Shown here: one piece after another, positions 1 to 13,621 of the stretch | Position numbering within the stretch: the first letter of the stretch is position 1 | Layout of the letters: each line of letters begins with the position of its first letter | Assembly (NCBI GenBank): GCA_951406725.2 | Contig: OX597824.1 | Location: 70,122,001-70,186,000, forward strand | Direction: 5' to 3' | DNA from: Octopus vulgaris | Taxonomy: Eukaryota | Length of the DNA stretch: 64,000 nucleotides | Notes under the pieces: generated by a model | The model's input: the letters and a program-made list of their open reading frames with translations, nothing else | Database searches by the model: none | Told to the model about the DNA's origin: nothing | Translations under genes and position numbers: made by a program

Positions 1-125
1 ATAGTGTAAAGAAAGCTACTATGATTACGAAAATGAGAGATAATCAGAAAGATGTCATCTGCTTTCTTTCTTTATAACCTATGTATCTTCGTAAAAGCAG
101 TGATGACGATGATAATGCTTCTTCT

Positions 126-160
<35 letters not shown>

Positions 161-385
161 TGCTGTTGTTGTTGTTGTTGTTGTTGTTAAGCAACAAGAC
201 GGGTAAGGGTGATTAGGTGATGGTCTAGGGCTTAGGGGGCGGGAGACACCAGACCTTTGAAAAAAAACTTTGGTCATCTTGTTGTAGTCGAGGGTTCTTT
301 GTTGACGCCCGACACCATTGGGAGGTGGCCCTCGAAGTCGCTGGAAATGGAGATCTCAAGGTCCAAATTCTTGAACGGCTGCTCC

Positions 386-435
<50 letters not shown>

Positions 436-619
436 AGGAGGAGGAGGAGGAGGAGGATGTTATTGATGATGAAGAGGAGAAGATGATGATGACAACGACG
501 ACGACGATCATGATGATGATGATGATGATGATGACAGCGACGATGACGACGATCATGATGATAATGACCGTGATGAGAGGTTTTTTACGTTGATTCCTTT
601 TTCATTTATATTTTTCGAA

Positions 620-840
620 AAGGCGACGAGCTGGCAAAATCGATAACGCACCGGGCAAAATACTTATCGGTATTTCGTCTGTCTTTACGTTCTCGGTTCA
701 AATTCCACCGAGGTCGACTTTACCTTTAATTTTTTTCAGGATCGATAAATTAAGTACCAGTGAAACACTGGTGTCGATGTAATCAACTAGTCCCCCACCA
801 CACAAAAAATTTCAGGCCTTGTTCCTTTTGCAGAAAGGAT
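620..840 (+). mobile_element. SINE family A copy (tRNA-like head, core, terminal tail)
   Basis: aaggcgacgagctggca...ggttcaaattccaccgaggtcgactttacc...gataaattaagtaccag matches many other copies in the window; B-box-like GTTCAAATTCC. Confidence 0.8.
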
Positions 841-1149
841 TTATCCCTTTCAAAAATATATATATATGTATGTGTGTATGTCTTTTAATTATGAGCCGAA
901 CAAATAGAACTACCTACGTACACATTTGCTCCCTTTCCATAAACCCCTGCTTACCCCGTGATCCAATGAGTAATAAGGTGCACTTTTACAATTTTTCCTA
1001 TCGTTTTATTGTTTTTATAAGTGCAGATATATTATGTATGTATGTATGTATGTATGTATGTATGTATGTATGTATGTATGTATGTATGTATGTATGTATG
1101 TATGTATGTATGTATGTATGTATGTATGTATGTGTGTGTGTGCGTGCGT

Positions 1150-1370
1150 GTGTATGCATGTGTGTGTGTCTTTGTGTCTGTGTTTGTCCCCCACCATCGC
1201 TTGACAACCGGTGTTTATGCCTCCGTAACGTAACGGCTCGGCAAAAGTTTCCGATAGTATAAGTACAACGCTTAAAGAGAAATACGTACTGGGTCGATTC
1301 ATTCGACTAAAACCCTTCAAAGTGGTGCCCCATCATGGTCGCAGTCGAATGACTGAAGCAAGTAAAAAAA
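1150..1370 (+). mobile_element. SINE family B, 3' part
   Basis: tgtgtctgtgtttgtccccc...gcttgacaaccg...gcagtcgaatgactgaagcaagtaaaa matches the 3' half of the full copies at 22924 and 59433. Confidence 0.75.
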
Positions 1371-1394
1371 AACTTACAAGAAGATAACGCATAT

Positions 1395-2210
1395 CGATCC
1401 ATCGATCTTCTCTGCCCAATATTCCTGGGATGATCGTGAAGATAGAATTCTCAAGCACCTTCTCCATGGGATCCAATCAGAAGCAACCATCATTACACTG
1501 TCAAGCAACCGTCATTACACTGTCCTGTCATTTCTCTGTCAAGCAACCGTCATTACACTGTCCTGTCATTACATTGTCAAGCAACCGTCATTACACTGTC
1601 CTGTCATTACACTGTCAAGCAACCGTCATTACACTGTCCTGTCATTTCACTATCAAGCAACCGTCATTACACTGTCAAGCAACCGTCACTACACTGTCCT
1701 GTCATTACACTGTCAAGCAACCGTCATTACACTGTCCTGTCATTTCACTGTCAAGCAACCGTCATTACACTGTCCTGTCATTTCACTGTCAAGCAACCGT
1801 CATTACACTGTCCTGTCATTACACTGTCCTGTCATTACACTGTCAAGCAACCGTCATTATACTGTCCTGTCATTACACTGTCAAGCAACCGTCATTACAC
1901 TGTCCTGTCATTTCACTGTCAAGCAACCGTCATTACACTGTCCTGTCATTACATTGTCAAGCAACCGTCATTACACTGTCCTGTCATTACACTGTCAAGC
2001 AACCGTCATTACACTGTCCTGTCATTTCACTGTCAAGCAACCGTCATTACACTGTCCTGTCATTACATTGTCCTGTCATTACACTGTCCTGTCAAACAGA
2101 AGCAACCGTCATTACACTGTCAAGCGTGGCCATCTCAGACTATGGATATTATCCAACCATTTTGTTCTTGGTCTACCTCTAGGGTTCCTGCCAATTGGCA
2201 CGGCTTGAAA
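1395..2210 (-). mobile_element. RTE-type LINE 3' remnant interrupted by a minisatellite
   Basis: Minus-strand translation FQAVPIGRNPRGRPRTKWLDNIHSLRWPRL resumes after the array as SVMMVASDWIPWRRCL, resembling the RTE C-terminal GxRxRGRPxxxWxD...W motif. Confidence 0.6.
1481..2124. repeat. Compound minisatellite (22-bp and 16-bp units)
   Basis: Interspersed units gtcaagcaaccgtcattacact and gtcctgtcattacact; explains ORFs 1430..2182 and 1954..2208. Confidence 0.95.
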
Positions 2211-3222
2211 CGTCCATCTTGTAGTTCTTTCCTGCGAAATTCTAATCTTTAACGTACCAAAATAACAAATATAAGTTTTCCCTTTTACGGAATTTTCTGG
2301 AGAAAGTGTTTCAATAAACCTGATAGAGCAAAAACTGGAGTCACAGTCGATCCTTCTGGATAACAAATCTTTACTCTACTCGTAGTATTGAGTTCATACA
2401 TGAATAGAAATTTGTTATTTATCATTTAACAACCTTAATACCAAAAGATGTTCGTGTGAGAGATTGTGTGTGTGTGAGAGAAAGAGAGAGAGGGAGATAG
2501 AGACAGACAGACAGAGATTGTGTGTGTATGTGTTTATGTGTGTGTATCTGTGTGTGTTTGTATTCGTGCATGTGTGTACGTTTGTGTGTGAGCACGATGT
2601 GTGTGTGTGAGTGTGCGTATGTGTGTGTTTGTATACGTGCATGTGTGTGTACGCTTGCATGTGAACACGATGTGTGTGCGTGTGAGTGTGTGCGTATGTG
2701 TGTGTATGTGTGTGTGTCTGTGTTTATGTACACGTGCATGTGTGTACATATATATATATATATATCTATTGACAAATAGATTTAGATATGGAAAGAAAAA
2801 TCTACACATACATAATGTATAGATATAGATGTGTTTATGCATGTGTATATACACACATGCATGAACACATACATACATACACACACGCCCACACAAACAC
2901 TCATTCGTATATATTCTCATGCATACGAAAACACATTTGCACACGCAAAAAATTATACAGACCTACTTTCTTATACATTTGTTTCGCTCTTTCATTTACA
3001 CTCCTTCCCTTACACACACACACACACACACACACATACACACACAAAACACACATACATACACACACACAAAACACACTAACATTGTGGAAATGTATCA
3101 TTTTTCCTCCATTTTTTCTCCTTTGCAATTCCCAGCTCCGTTTGTGTTGTGAAGTCTCATTGTTGGTCACGCCATTTACCAAAGGTAGGACTTGCTAATA
3201 ATTAATGAGAAGACTATGCAGA

Positions 3223-3264
<42 letters not shown>

Positions 3265-3316
3265 ATACGTGTGTGTGTGCATACGTGTGTGGGTGTGCAT
3301 ACGTGCGTGTGTGTGG

Positions 3317-3349
<33 letters not shown>

Positions 3350-3431
3350 TTATGTATGTGAATATGTATGTATGTATATTCAGTATATGTGTGAGCATGT
3401 ATGTGCGTATGTCTAATGCTTATGCATGCAT

Positions 3432-3509
<78 letters not shown>

Positions 3510-3589
3510 CTTGGTCACGGGAGATGGAATAGATGAAGATGTGGCGTCTTTTGTGTTGCAAAACACTGAATGGTGATAGTATTGTTGTG

Positions 3590-3608
3590 GTTGGCAGTGG
3601 TAATGGTG

Positions 3609-3674
<66 letters not shown>

Positions 3675-3675
3675 A

Positions 3676-3759
<84 letters not shown>

Positions 3760-4750
3760 AGTAGTGCTGGTAGTGTTGGTGGTGGGGGTGGTTTATAATG
3801 GTGGCGATGGCGGTGGTTGTGGTTGTGGTGGTAGTCACTGTGGCGTCCATGAGATGTGGATTTGTTTTGTTTTGTTTTATTGTGTGTGTTTTGTCTTTTC
3901 GGGTTTTAATTCAGCAGCCATTGCTATTGGTGCTGTTGCTGCTACTGTTGTTGTTGTTTGTGGTTGTTTTGGTGGTGGTGGTGGTCGTGGTTCTGGTGTT
4001 ACTGCTGTTGCTGTTGCTTTTGTTGTTGTCGTCGCCGTCGTCGTCGTCGTATTTGTTGTTGCTGTTGTCGTTGATGATGATGATGATGATGATGATGATG
4101 AGGAGGAGGAGGAGGAGGAGGAGGAGGAGAAGGAGAAGAATGATGATGACGATGACGACGACGACGTCGATGATGATGATGACAACGAGGGTGATGCAGA
4201 AGATGATAGCTATGATAACGATGATGACCACGAAGATGATGATGACAACGACGAGGAGGAGGAGGGGAGGGGGAGGAGGAGGAGGAGGAGGAGGTGGAGG
4301 TGAAGGATGACTATGATGACGACGACGACGACGGCGACGATGATGATGATGATGACGATGACGATGATGAATATGATAGCGATGATGACGATGATGACGA
4401 CGACGACGATGATGATGATTATGATGATGACGATGACGATGACGACGACGATGACGATGATGATGATGATGATAACGATCACGATGACGATCACGATGAT
4501 GAAGAAGATGATAGCGATGATGACGATGATGACGACGATGGCGATGATGATGTTGGTTTTGGATGGTATCATTGGTGGTGTGAAGGTGGTGCTTGCCGTG
4601 GTTGAAGCTGGCGTTCCTGTTGCTGTTGAAATAGTGGCGGCTGCGGCGGCGGTGGTGGTGGTGGTGGCGGCGGCGGCGATGGTGGTGGCGGTCGTGGTGG
4701 TGGTATGTTCTTGTTGATGATGGTCAAGGTGGTAGTAGTGGTGGTAGTTT
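3590..4750. repeat. Trinucleotide microsatellite complex (TAG, CAG, GAT, GAC, GAG, GGT)
   Basis: Read directly; gives homopolymeric ORFs in all frames. Confidence 0.95.
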
Positions 4751-4877
4751 TTCATATAGATGCCATGTTTATTCCTGCTTCTGTTGACAGACTAAGAGAC
4801 GGACTGATTGACAGGTGTAAATGCATGCACACATATATACGCAATACACACTCACCTATATACATACATGAATACAT

Positions 4878-4910
<33 letters not shown>

Positions 4911-4918
<8 letters not shown>

Positions 4919-4965
4919 TGTCTGCCTGCCTGCCTGTCTGACGTTCTATTTATACATCTATACGA

Positions 4966-5007
<42 letters not shown>

Positions 5008-5059
5008 TCGTATAGATGTATAAATAGAACGTCAGACAGGCAGGCAGGCAGACAGACAT

Positions 5060-5062
<3 letters not shown>
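4911..5062. repeat. Perfect palindrome centred on (TA)n
   Basis: tatatgtctgtctgcctgcctgcctgtctgacgttctatttatacatctatacgag-(TA)n-ctcgtatagatgtataaatagaacgtcagacaggcaggcaggcagacagacatata. Confidence 0.95.
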
Positions 5063-5141
<79 letters not shown>

Positions 5142-5180
5142 TCATACATATATACATACATAGATACACACATACATACA

Positions 5181-5216
<36 letters not shown>

Positions 5217-5382
5217 TATGCATACATACATCCTTACGTACATACATATATACATACATACATACATCCTTACGTACATACGTACTTACATACATACATA
5301 TATACATACATACATCCTTACGTACATACATACATATATACATACATCCGTACGTACATACGTACATACATACATACATACA

Positions 5383-5416
<34 letters not shown>

Positions 5417-5454
5417 CATACATCTGTACGTACATACATACATACGTACATACG

Positions 5455-5505
<51 letters not shown>

Positions 5506-6236
5506 GCAATATATACGTATGTCAAATACGAAAATAATTGAAGTGACTTCAGTATTGTAAGAGAGAGAAGCAACTGGAAAGAGAACCAGACAGATAGACA
5601 GACATACAAAGAGGAAGGGAGGGAGGAGGAGAGAGGGAGGGAGGAATGCAGATCGTGTGTGACAGAGGGAGAAGCAAGAGGATGGAGACAGGCAGAGAGA
5701 TCAAGAAAGAGGGGGAAGACTGAAAGAAAGGGTGTTAGTATATGAAGAAGACTGGATAGGATAGAAATGGAGAAAAGAGAGAGAGAGAGAGACAGACAGA
5801 GACAGAGAAAATGTGTATGAAGAAGGAGATAGAGACGAACAAAGAGGAAGAGGATTGGTATGAGAAAGAGACGTGGTAGGAGATACTTTGAGACAGAGAG
5901 AGACAGGAAAAGCAATGTGAAAGGTAGAGGGTAGAGGAGAGAGTAAGAAGATAAATGAAAATCCATAAATAAATAAATATGAAGGTAGATCAGGTGGAGG
6001 TGTGGCGGGGAGTGTCGGATTCGTGTTGGGGTGGGACCGGATGGAGTTGGGGGTTTATAGATCGGAAGTGAATCAGACACGGTACCACATCCTTCCTCCA
6101 ATTTTCTTTCTTTACATCTCTACCTTTTTACTCTTGTACTCTCTCTCCCTCACATTTCCACTCTCTCGGGCATTCATTTCCACTCCAACTCCTTCTCTTC
6201 CTTTCCGTCTCTGTCTCTCTCTCGTTCTCTTTCTTT

Positions 6237-6277
<41 letters not shown>

Positions 6278-6609
6278 GCGCGCGCGCACGCACACACTTG
6301 TACACACACACACACACACACACGCTCTCATACGTACACATACACACACAGAGTATCCATCCCAAGTCTTCCTCATATTTTATTGATAAAAGCTTTTGCA
6401 TGAGAGGAAGTGACGTAAAAACACCACAACGCTTAAATATTGGCTCCATTTAGTAATCCGTATCAGAGTACTAAAGTACTACTACTACTACTACTACTAC
6501 TATTACTACAATCACCACCACCATCACCAACACCACCACGAACAACACCATCAACACCACCACTATTACTACTATGACTGCTACAACCACCACCACCACC
6601 ACCACCACA

Positions 6610-6643
<34 letters not shown>

Positions 6644-7250
6644 TTACTACAATTAATGTAACAAAGAACGTGAAGGGCGGTGGGTTAGCAGAAACGTTAG
6701 AGCGTCATACGAAAATGCCCAGCAGTATTTTTGTTCATTGCTCTTTAAGTTCCGAGTTCAAATCACGCTAATGTCAACTCGGCTTTCTTTTTTTTTTTTT
6801 TTTTTTCGGGGGACGATATAGCGTAATCCCAATTGATTAGTGTGGTCAGTTGAATTGACCGTAAGCCAACGCTCCCTGAATTTGTTGCCTCGTGCCAATG
6901 TTTGGATGTTTTCTTCTTTTTTTTTTTTTTTTTACTTAAAGATGTTAACTGAGCATATGGCCGGAGGAAAAGAAATCCCAGTTTTAGATTTGTCAAACCT
7001 ATCCGTACTAAAGCACCGTAGCCACTTGAACAGAGGCAGTTCTTGAGAAATACTTACAGTGAAATTCGGTTGACCTCGGTCATTTATGACTGACCACGGC
7101 CGGCTTTTGCAGAGACTCCACGTCCATTGAAGTAAGATCTACATAACATCACAACTGAACAATCGTCAGATAAAACTTGATCATCTGAAAGATAACACAA
7201 GGAACATAACATCACCATTGATGACAGCGACGACTGAGAAGAAAAGAAGA

Positions 7251-7327
<77 letters not shown>

Positions 7328-7419
7328 CGGCGACGATGAAGATGATGATGGCAATGATGAGGATGATACAAGTGTCGTTAACGTAGGTATTAATGTAGTT
7401 GTTGATGACGGTGAGATGA

Positions 7420-7735
7420 TAATTTATCGACCCCGAAAGGATGAAAGGCAAAGTCGACCTCGGCGGAATTTGAACTCAGAACGTAGCGGCAGACGAAATG
7501 CCTATTTCTTTACTACCTACAAGGGCTAAACACAGAGAGGACAAACAAGGAAAGACAAACGGATTAAGTCGATTATATCGACCCCAGTGCGTAACTGGTA
7601 TTTAATTTATCGAACCCGAAAGGATGAAAGGCAAAGTCGACCTCGCCGGAATTTGAACTCAGAATGTAACGGCAGACGAAATACTGCTAAGCATTTCGCC
7701 CGGCCTGCTAACGTTTCTGCCAGCTTGCCGCCTTA
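7420..7735 (-). mobile_element. SINE family A dimer
   Basis: Two tandem core modules; head ends gccagcttgccgcctt. Confidence 0.85.
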
Positions 7736-7938
7736 AATGATGGCAATGGTGATACTATAATAATGTAATAAAAGGTGATAATGATGATGATAATAATATT
7801 TTAGAAGAATCCAGAGTGCTTCGAAATTGTCATTTAGTATTTCTTGTCCAAGACAACTGCATCTGATCATAAAAATGTTCGGAGACGTTCCAAGCGTGAT
7901 CATCCCGTTCTGCTCTGATACATTGCATGTATCTAGAA

Positions 7939-8110
7939 CAGTGCTCCGCAGCCTTTTTTTCATTTGCGATGCAAAATTCGGCGGCACACCTGAAATAAAA
8001 ATATAACTAAAAATATAGGGAGGAAAATTACATTCGGGTTACACTGCAGCACACCTAGCATCGCCTCATGGCACACCAGTGTGCCGCGGCATATTGGTTG
8101 TGGACCACTG
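7939..8110. mobile_element. hAT (Charlie-like) MITE
   Basis: TIRs cagtgctccgcagcc / ggttgtggaccactg; 8-bp TSD atctagaa at 7931-7938 and 8111-8118. Confidence 0.85.
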
Positions 8111-8146
8111 ATCTAGAACTATATTTTTCAATATATCCCAGTTTTA

Positions 8147-8580
8147 AGGCGGCAAGCTAGCAGAAAACGTTAACACGCCGGGCGAAATGCTTAGCGGTAT
8201 TTCGTCTGCCGTTACGTTCTGAGTTCAAATTCCGCCGAGGTCGACTTTGTTTTTCATCCTTTCGGTGTCGATTAAATAAGTACCAGTTACGCACTGGGGT
8301 CGATGTAATCGACTTAATCCGTGTGCCTGTCATTGTTTGTCCCCTCTGTGTTTAGCACCTTGTGGGTAGTAAAGAAATAGGTATTTCGTCTGTCTTTATG
8401 TTCTGAGTTCAAATTCCGCCGAGACCAACTTTGCCTTTCATCCTTTCGGGGTCGATAAATTAAGTACCAGTTGCGTACTGGAGTGGATCTAATCGACTGG
8501 CCCCCTCCCCAAAAGTTTCGGGCCTTGTGCCTAAAGTAGAAAAGATTCTCTTTGGGCCTTGGGCCTAGAGTAGAAAAGAA
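8147..8580 (+). mobile_element. SINE family A dimer (head-core-tail1 + core-tail2)
   Basis: aaggcggcaagctagcagaaaacgtt... with a second core starting at ggtatttcgtctg. Confidence 0.9.
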
Positions 8581-8995
8581 TATGTCCCAGTTTTTTTTCT
8601 TTTTTAGTTCTTTTTTAAGACGGACAGTAGAGCGTTATTTTTCTAAGGGAGAGGATTTTGGGTACTATTTCTAGCAGACGATGCTACCACTTAGAGTCAT
8701 TATCGTTGGCTTTGCAACAGTCTGTGTTTAAGTAAAAATGGGTAAATATGGAAGCAAAACTAATGTCAACACATACCATATATGGAAAAATTCATTTGTA
8801 GCTATTGTGCTTTTTGTTTATATTTCTTCTTTATTGTTTGCCTTGCATCAAATTTATTTTTTATTTTATTTTATTTTTATTTTATTTTTATTTTATACTT
8901 TTAGTGTATTTGCTTTCGGAATAATCGCTTTCTGAATTTGCCATGGGGACAGCGAAAAATATAACAATACAATGCAAGAAAATTATTTCTTTCTC

Positions 8996-9108
<113 letters not shown>

Positions 9109-9146
9109 TCCCGCCTTCTCTCTCCCCCCCTCTCTATCTCTCTCTA

Positions 9147-9181
<35 letters not shown>

Positions 9182-9250
9182 TAAAATTGCCTTTTCAAAC
9201 CTTCTTTCATATATAATTCCACTCGTGCGGTACCTTACAACTCCACTTTG

Positions 9251-9299
<49 letters not shown>

Positions 9300-9680
9300 C
9301 ACACATTTGAAAACATACATACACACATTTTGTGTGTGTCGATATAAAGATAGGCAGAAAGGGAGAGAGGAAGGCATATCTGTGTATGTCTATGTGAGTG
9401 TGTTGGTCTATATATGTATGTATGTTTGTATGTATGTATGCATGTATGTATATATATTTATACATGCATGTAAGTATGCATGTGTATATACGTATATTAT
9501 TATATGAATATCAAATAGAATACGCAACTGAAAACAAAAATATTCACTGAGAATGTCCCACAAGAGAGAACCGTCCATTGATTTCACCATCTGGTTTTAA
9601 AAAACGAATTCTCAACATATGGATAAGTACAGGTATAAATAAATATACATACATACATGTGTGTGTGTGTGTATATATAT

Positions 9681-10195
9681 TTGGTCATCGCATAAATAAT
9701 ACGGTTTTTTGTACTTCTCTTATTTTTCAAAATTAAGATAAAACAAATTTCTTTTTTAAACTAAAATATACTATTTTCTACAGAGCTCTTCCATCTATCT
9801 GGTAGACTTGCAAGGCCCCTCTCCCAAACTTCACATGTCCGTGATGAAAATTACTCCTCCAGTACTGTTCTAATCTCGTCTACAGAATTCATAGTTTTTC
9901 CATCCAAATAATTTTGAAGACTGCGGAATAAATGATAATCAGATAGGGTAATGTCCTGCGAATATGGTGGGTGGGGCATCGTTTCTTATTCAAATTGCTC
10001 CAGTCTTTGGAATGTCATCCTCTCTGTATGTGGCCGAGCATAATCCTGATGGAAGAACAGCTTTCGTCTTGAAACCAAAGACGGGCGTTTTTCTTCTAGC
10101 GCTGACTTAAGCCGCTCAAGCTGCTCGCAGTAGATCTCCTTTGTTATCGTTTGGTTTGGGTTTAAAAGTTCAAAGTGGACAAATATTTGTGTAAC
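9681..10195 (-). pseudogene. mariner transposase 3' remnant (DD34D region)
   Basis: VHFELLNPNQTITKEIYCEQLERL...FFHQDYARPH...*ETMPHPPYSQDITLSDYHLFRSLQNYL, i.e. degenerate HDNARPH and YSPDLAPSD motifs with a stop. Confidence 0.9.
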
Positions 10196-10466
10196 ATTGT
10201 TCGTTTTTTGTTTCGGTCCTTGTTTTTGTATACATTTGCTGCTTTCTTCCAAGGAATCTAATGCCCTTAGCTTAGTTTTTCCTTGGGGCTGGCCAGATTG
10301 GTGCAATCTCAAGTATAATCACCCGAAATTGCAAAGATAATCTGGAACTTGACTAAGGAAAGAAAACTTCGAATGACCCGTCCTTTGTTTCGTCTATGTG
10401 GATGTTTTGTTGTCCGATTTTTGTATCACCAAAATGTCCGGATGTTTTGCGTTCTTATCCCATTTG

Positions 10467-10527
<61 letters not shown>

Positions 10528-11095
10528 CATATATATATATATAGCGGCGTACATACACTGTGGTCTCTTACATATATATACATACATACATACATATATA
10601 TATATATAGATAGATATATATATATACACACATATATATAATGTTCAGTGCAATAGTCAAAAAGATTGAATACTAAGCATGCAATACAGAGAGACGTACT
10701 CAGATCATAAGACTCTCTCTCATAATGAAATTGATCTGTGTTATCTAATAACAAATATATTACGCACACACATGTACACTTCAATGTAATATAATATACA
10801 TAATGCTTACTTTCTCAGTGTTGTAGATGGCGTAAGATATAAAATATGTGAAATACACTGTAATGTATATCAGAAGACGATAATAGAGTATTGAGTATTA
10901 ATGTAATTCTATTTATATTAATATTTAAATCACGAGCTGGTTATTAGTAAGTCAGTCAATAAATATGATATCTAACGAAGTATTGATGCTTTGAATGAAA
11001 TGTAAGACAAGAGGAAAACAGAGGAAGATATATGGTGGCATGAATAATACCAGTTCTGTATCTAATGTAACGTTTGAACACACACACACTTACAT

Positions 11096-11170
<75 letters not shown>

Positions 11171-11327
11171 CATATACATACACACACACACGCGTATATA
11201 TTACCACTTTTTCTCATGCTCCCTCCTTCGCGTTTATTTTTCTTCTATACTTTTCTGCTTATGAAGTACTATCCTCCGACATAACAAGACCCTTTCCTTT
11301 CTATTTAAGCGTTACACTAATACAGCA

Positions 11328-11802
11328 TTTGCAGCGTGGAAGGTGTTTATAAGCCATTTAAGCAACACACAAAAAACCGTTAGATTCACTTCAACATTTA
11401 AATTTAATTTGTCGAAATTATTTTCGTCGCTTTGAGACCGCGACCTGTTCACTGACAAAATTCTGTGCTGCACGGAATCTTGAATCTAACGGTGAAACTA
11501 ACGGTTTTTGTGTGTTTCTTAAATATTTCTTTACTACCCACAAGGGGCTAAACACAGAGAGGACAAACAAGGACAGACAAACGGATTAAGTCGATTACAT
11601 CGACTCCAGTGCGTAACTGGTACTTAATTTAATCGACCCCGAAAGGATGAAAGGCAAAGTCGACCTCGGCGGAATTTGAACTCGGAACGTAACGACCAAC
11701 GAAATACGGCTACGCATTTCGCCCGGCGTGCTAACGTTTCTGCCAGCTCGCCGCCTTTTGTGTGTTTCTTAAATGGCTTATAAACACCGTCCACGCTGCA
11801 AG
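11328..11802. mobile_element. Foldback/MITE-like element with long inverted repeats, interrupted by a SINE
   Basis: ttgcagcgtggaaggtgtttataagccatttaagcaacacacaaaa is mirrored by ttttgtgtgtttcttaaatggcttataaacaccgtccacgctgcaa. Confidence 0.7.
11525..11757 (-). mobile_element. SINE family A monomer with long TSD
   Basis: Full head/core/tail1 flanked by direct repeat ttttgtgtgtttcttaaat (11506-11524 and 11756-11774). Confidence 0.9.
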
Positions 11803-11969
11803 TGATTTCGTTCCAGCACACGATCTCAGATCAAATCCCTTGCTATGCAAGTACATCTCCGTAATACAACATTATTCATAACTTATTCCTCCTGAGTTGA
11901 CTGTTTTTCATTTTCGTTGCTTTAATCAATTAAGACTTTAAATTACAGTAGCTATTAGCCTCTCCATAG

Positions 11970-13345
11970 TTTATTTAGCTGTTTCCCTAGATCTAAACTC
12001 CGCTTCGTATAAACCTTTCCATAAGCATAATGAGAAACTCGCATATATACACAGACACTCTTGTCACTCTCCTGTACTATTCAAAAACCCGATAGCCAAT
12101 ATTAGTAACAGAGTGTCTAACCCACATCTTCTAAAGAAATTTTCGAGAAGACTGCCCCCTATTATACCAATGCCCCAGCCAATAGTGGCTTCAAAGATAA
12201 ATTAATATATAATCCCTCTAATAATAATCAAAATATTAATAATAGATCTAGTGACATCAAAGATAAAGAAATACATAACCCCTCTAGTGTCAAACATATT
12301 AATAAGAAGAAACCTAAAAATAAGCCAAGGTAAATTATTGGGTTCGCCCTTCCCTTTTCCCTTAATAGAAAAACTAATATTGGTAAAAGATTCCTGATCC
12401 CCCAGACAAACACTGTCTAGCAACTCACAGATACAGGAAAATATTTAATAGGCGTTCTATGTAATTATCATATAGCTACTCACTTTTACTCTTTTACTTG
12501 TTTCAGTCATTTGACTGCAGCCATGCTGGAGCACCGCCTTTAGTCGAGCAATTCGACCCCAGGACTTATTCTTTGTAAGCCTAGTACTTATTCTATCGGG
12601 CTCTTTTGCCGAACCGCTAAGTTACGGGGACGTAAACATACTAGCATCGGTTTTCAAGCGATGTTGCGCGGACAAACACAGACACACAAACATATATACA
12701 CACACATATATATATATATAAATATATACATATATACGACGGACTTCTTTCAGTTTCCGTCTACCAAATCCACTCACAAGGCTTTGGTCGGCCCGAGGCC
12801 ATGAGACTGAACCCGGAACTATGTGGTTTGTAAGCAAGCTACTTACCACACATCATTAAACGTGGTCGATACCAAGAGCCTAAATCCAGTTGCAACTATC
12901 GCGACCCAGATTCCTATCCATTTCACCAAAGATGTATGATTAAATCTATCATATACGAGGGAGAAATTACTGCAACCCCAAATAATAATACAACTGATAC
13001 GAAAACCTGTACTGAATTATGTGAAGGTGAATTTTAAAATTCCTATGCCAGGCATATAGCCTCTTTCCGACATAAGAACAAAAAGAAAGCTACTAAGTTG
13101 GTTAGTTACGTATGGACTTTAAAAGATAACGTAACACCACATGTGATTAAATGGTAAGTAACTAAGAAATCCATACCTTATGTGAATGGATCAAATAAAT
13201 GTAGCTTTTATTTAGCTGAAAGACTGCAGATCTTGTTCAGATCTAAGATCCTTTACTCTCTATTACACTCTAGATCAGAAATTTTCAGTGGTTGCAAGCA
13301 TATGTATAAATATGTTTTGAAGAATTGGAAAATTCCGCCTATTCC
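11970..13345 (+). pseudogene. Penelope-like retroelement remnant: RT C-terminus/linker plus C-terminal GIY-YIG endonuclease
   Basis: Decayed translation YKPFHKHNEKLAYIHRHSCHSP...; PFSLNRKTNIGKRFL; HRYRKIFNRRSM*LSYS; CNYRDPDSYPFHQRCMIKSIIYEG; HIASFRHKNKKKATKLVSYVWTLKD...IKW*VTKKSIPYVNGSNKCSFYLAE...LLHSRSEIFSGCKH; interrupted by a SINE B. Confidence 0.8.
12483..12852 (-). mobile_element. SINE family B inserted in the Penelope remnant
   Basis: Reverse complement of the family B consensus with an internal deletion. Confidence 0.9.
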
Positions 13346-13567
13346 TGGCTAACTTGATATCTTTCCAGCCTTATCATTTAAGGTCTAAGGAGGAGAGCTC
13401 TGTTGCCTTTGTATTTTTTACATTTTAGTTTTTGTGTTTTCGTTTTCCGTTTTAGGTTTTTCGTTTTCCGTCTTTTTACTTTCTACGTTTTCTGTATGCT
13501 GCTTTCTCAGTTTTATCAAGTTTCATCTAATATTCAAATTGTTTTTCTTAGTTCTGATATGCGGTTT

Positions 13568-13621
13568 GCGCCTGAAGAATAGATTTGAGTATTTCTCAAC
13601 ATATGAAACTATAAGTAGCGC
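13568..13621 (+). ncRNA. Type I hammerhead ribozyme motif 3' of the Penelope ORF
   Basis: gcgc-CTGAAGA-stem II (ata..ttgag/ctcaa..tat)-GAAA-ct-ata-ag-TA-gcgc; predicted cleavage after GUA at 13617. Confidence 0.75.

Noticed and set aside
190-400. Unique GC-richer island that might be coding on the minus strand
   Set aside because: All frames hit stops within short distance and no splice sites or homology are recognisable; may be UTR
1430-2182. 250-aa Cys/His-rich ORF, or a CRISPR-like repeat array
   Set aside because: Pure tandem minisatellite with no unique spacers and no cas genes; the ORF is a by-product of the repeat
3764-4717. Acidic poly-D/E ORFs
   Set aside because: Trinucleotide repeats open in several frames on both strands
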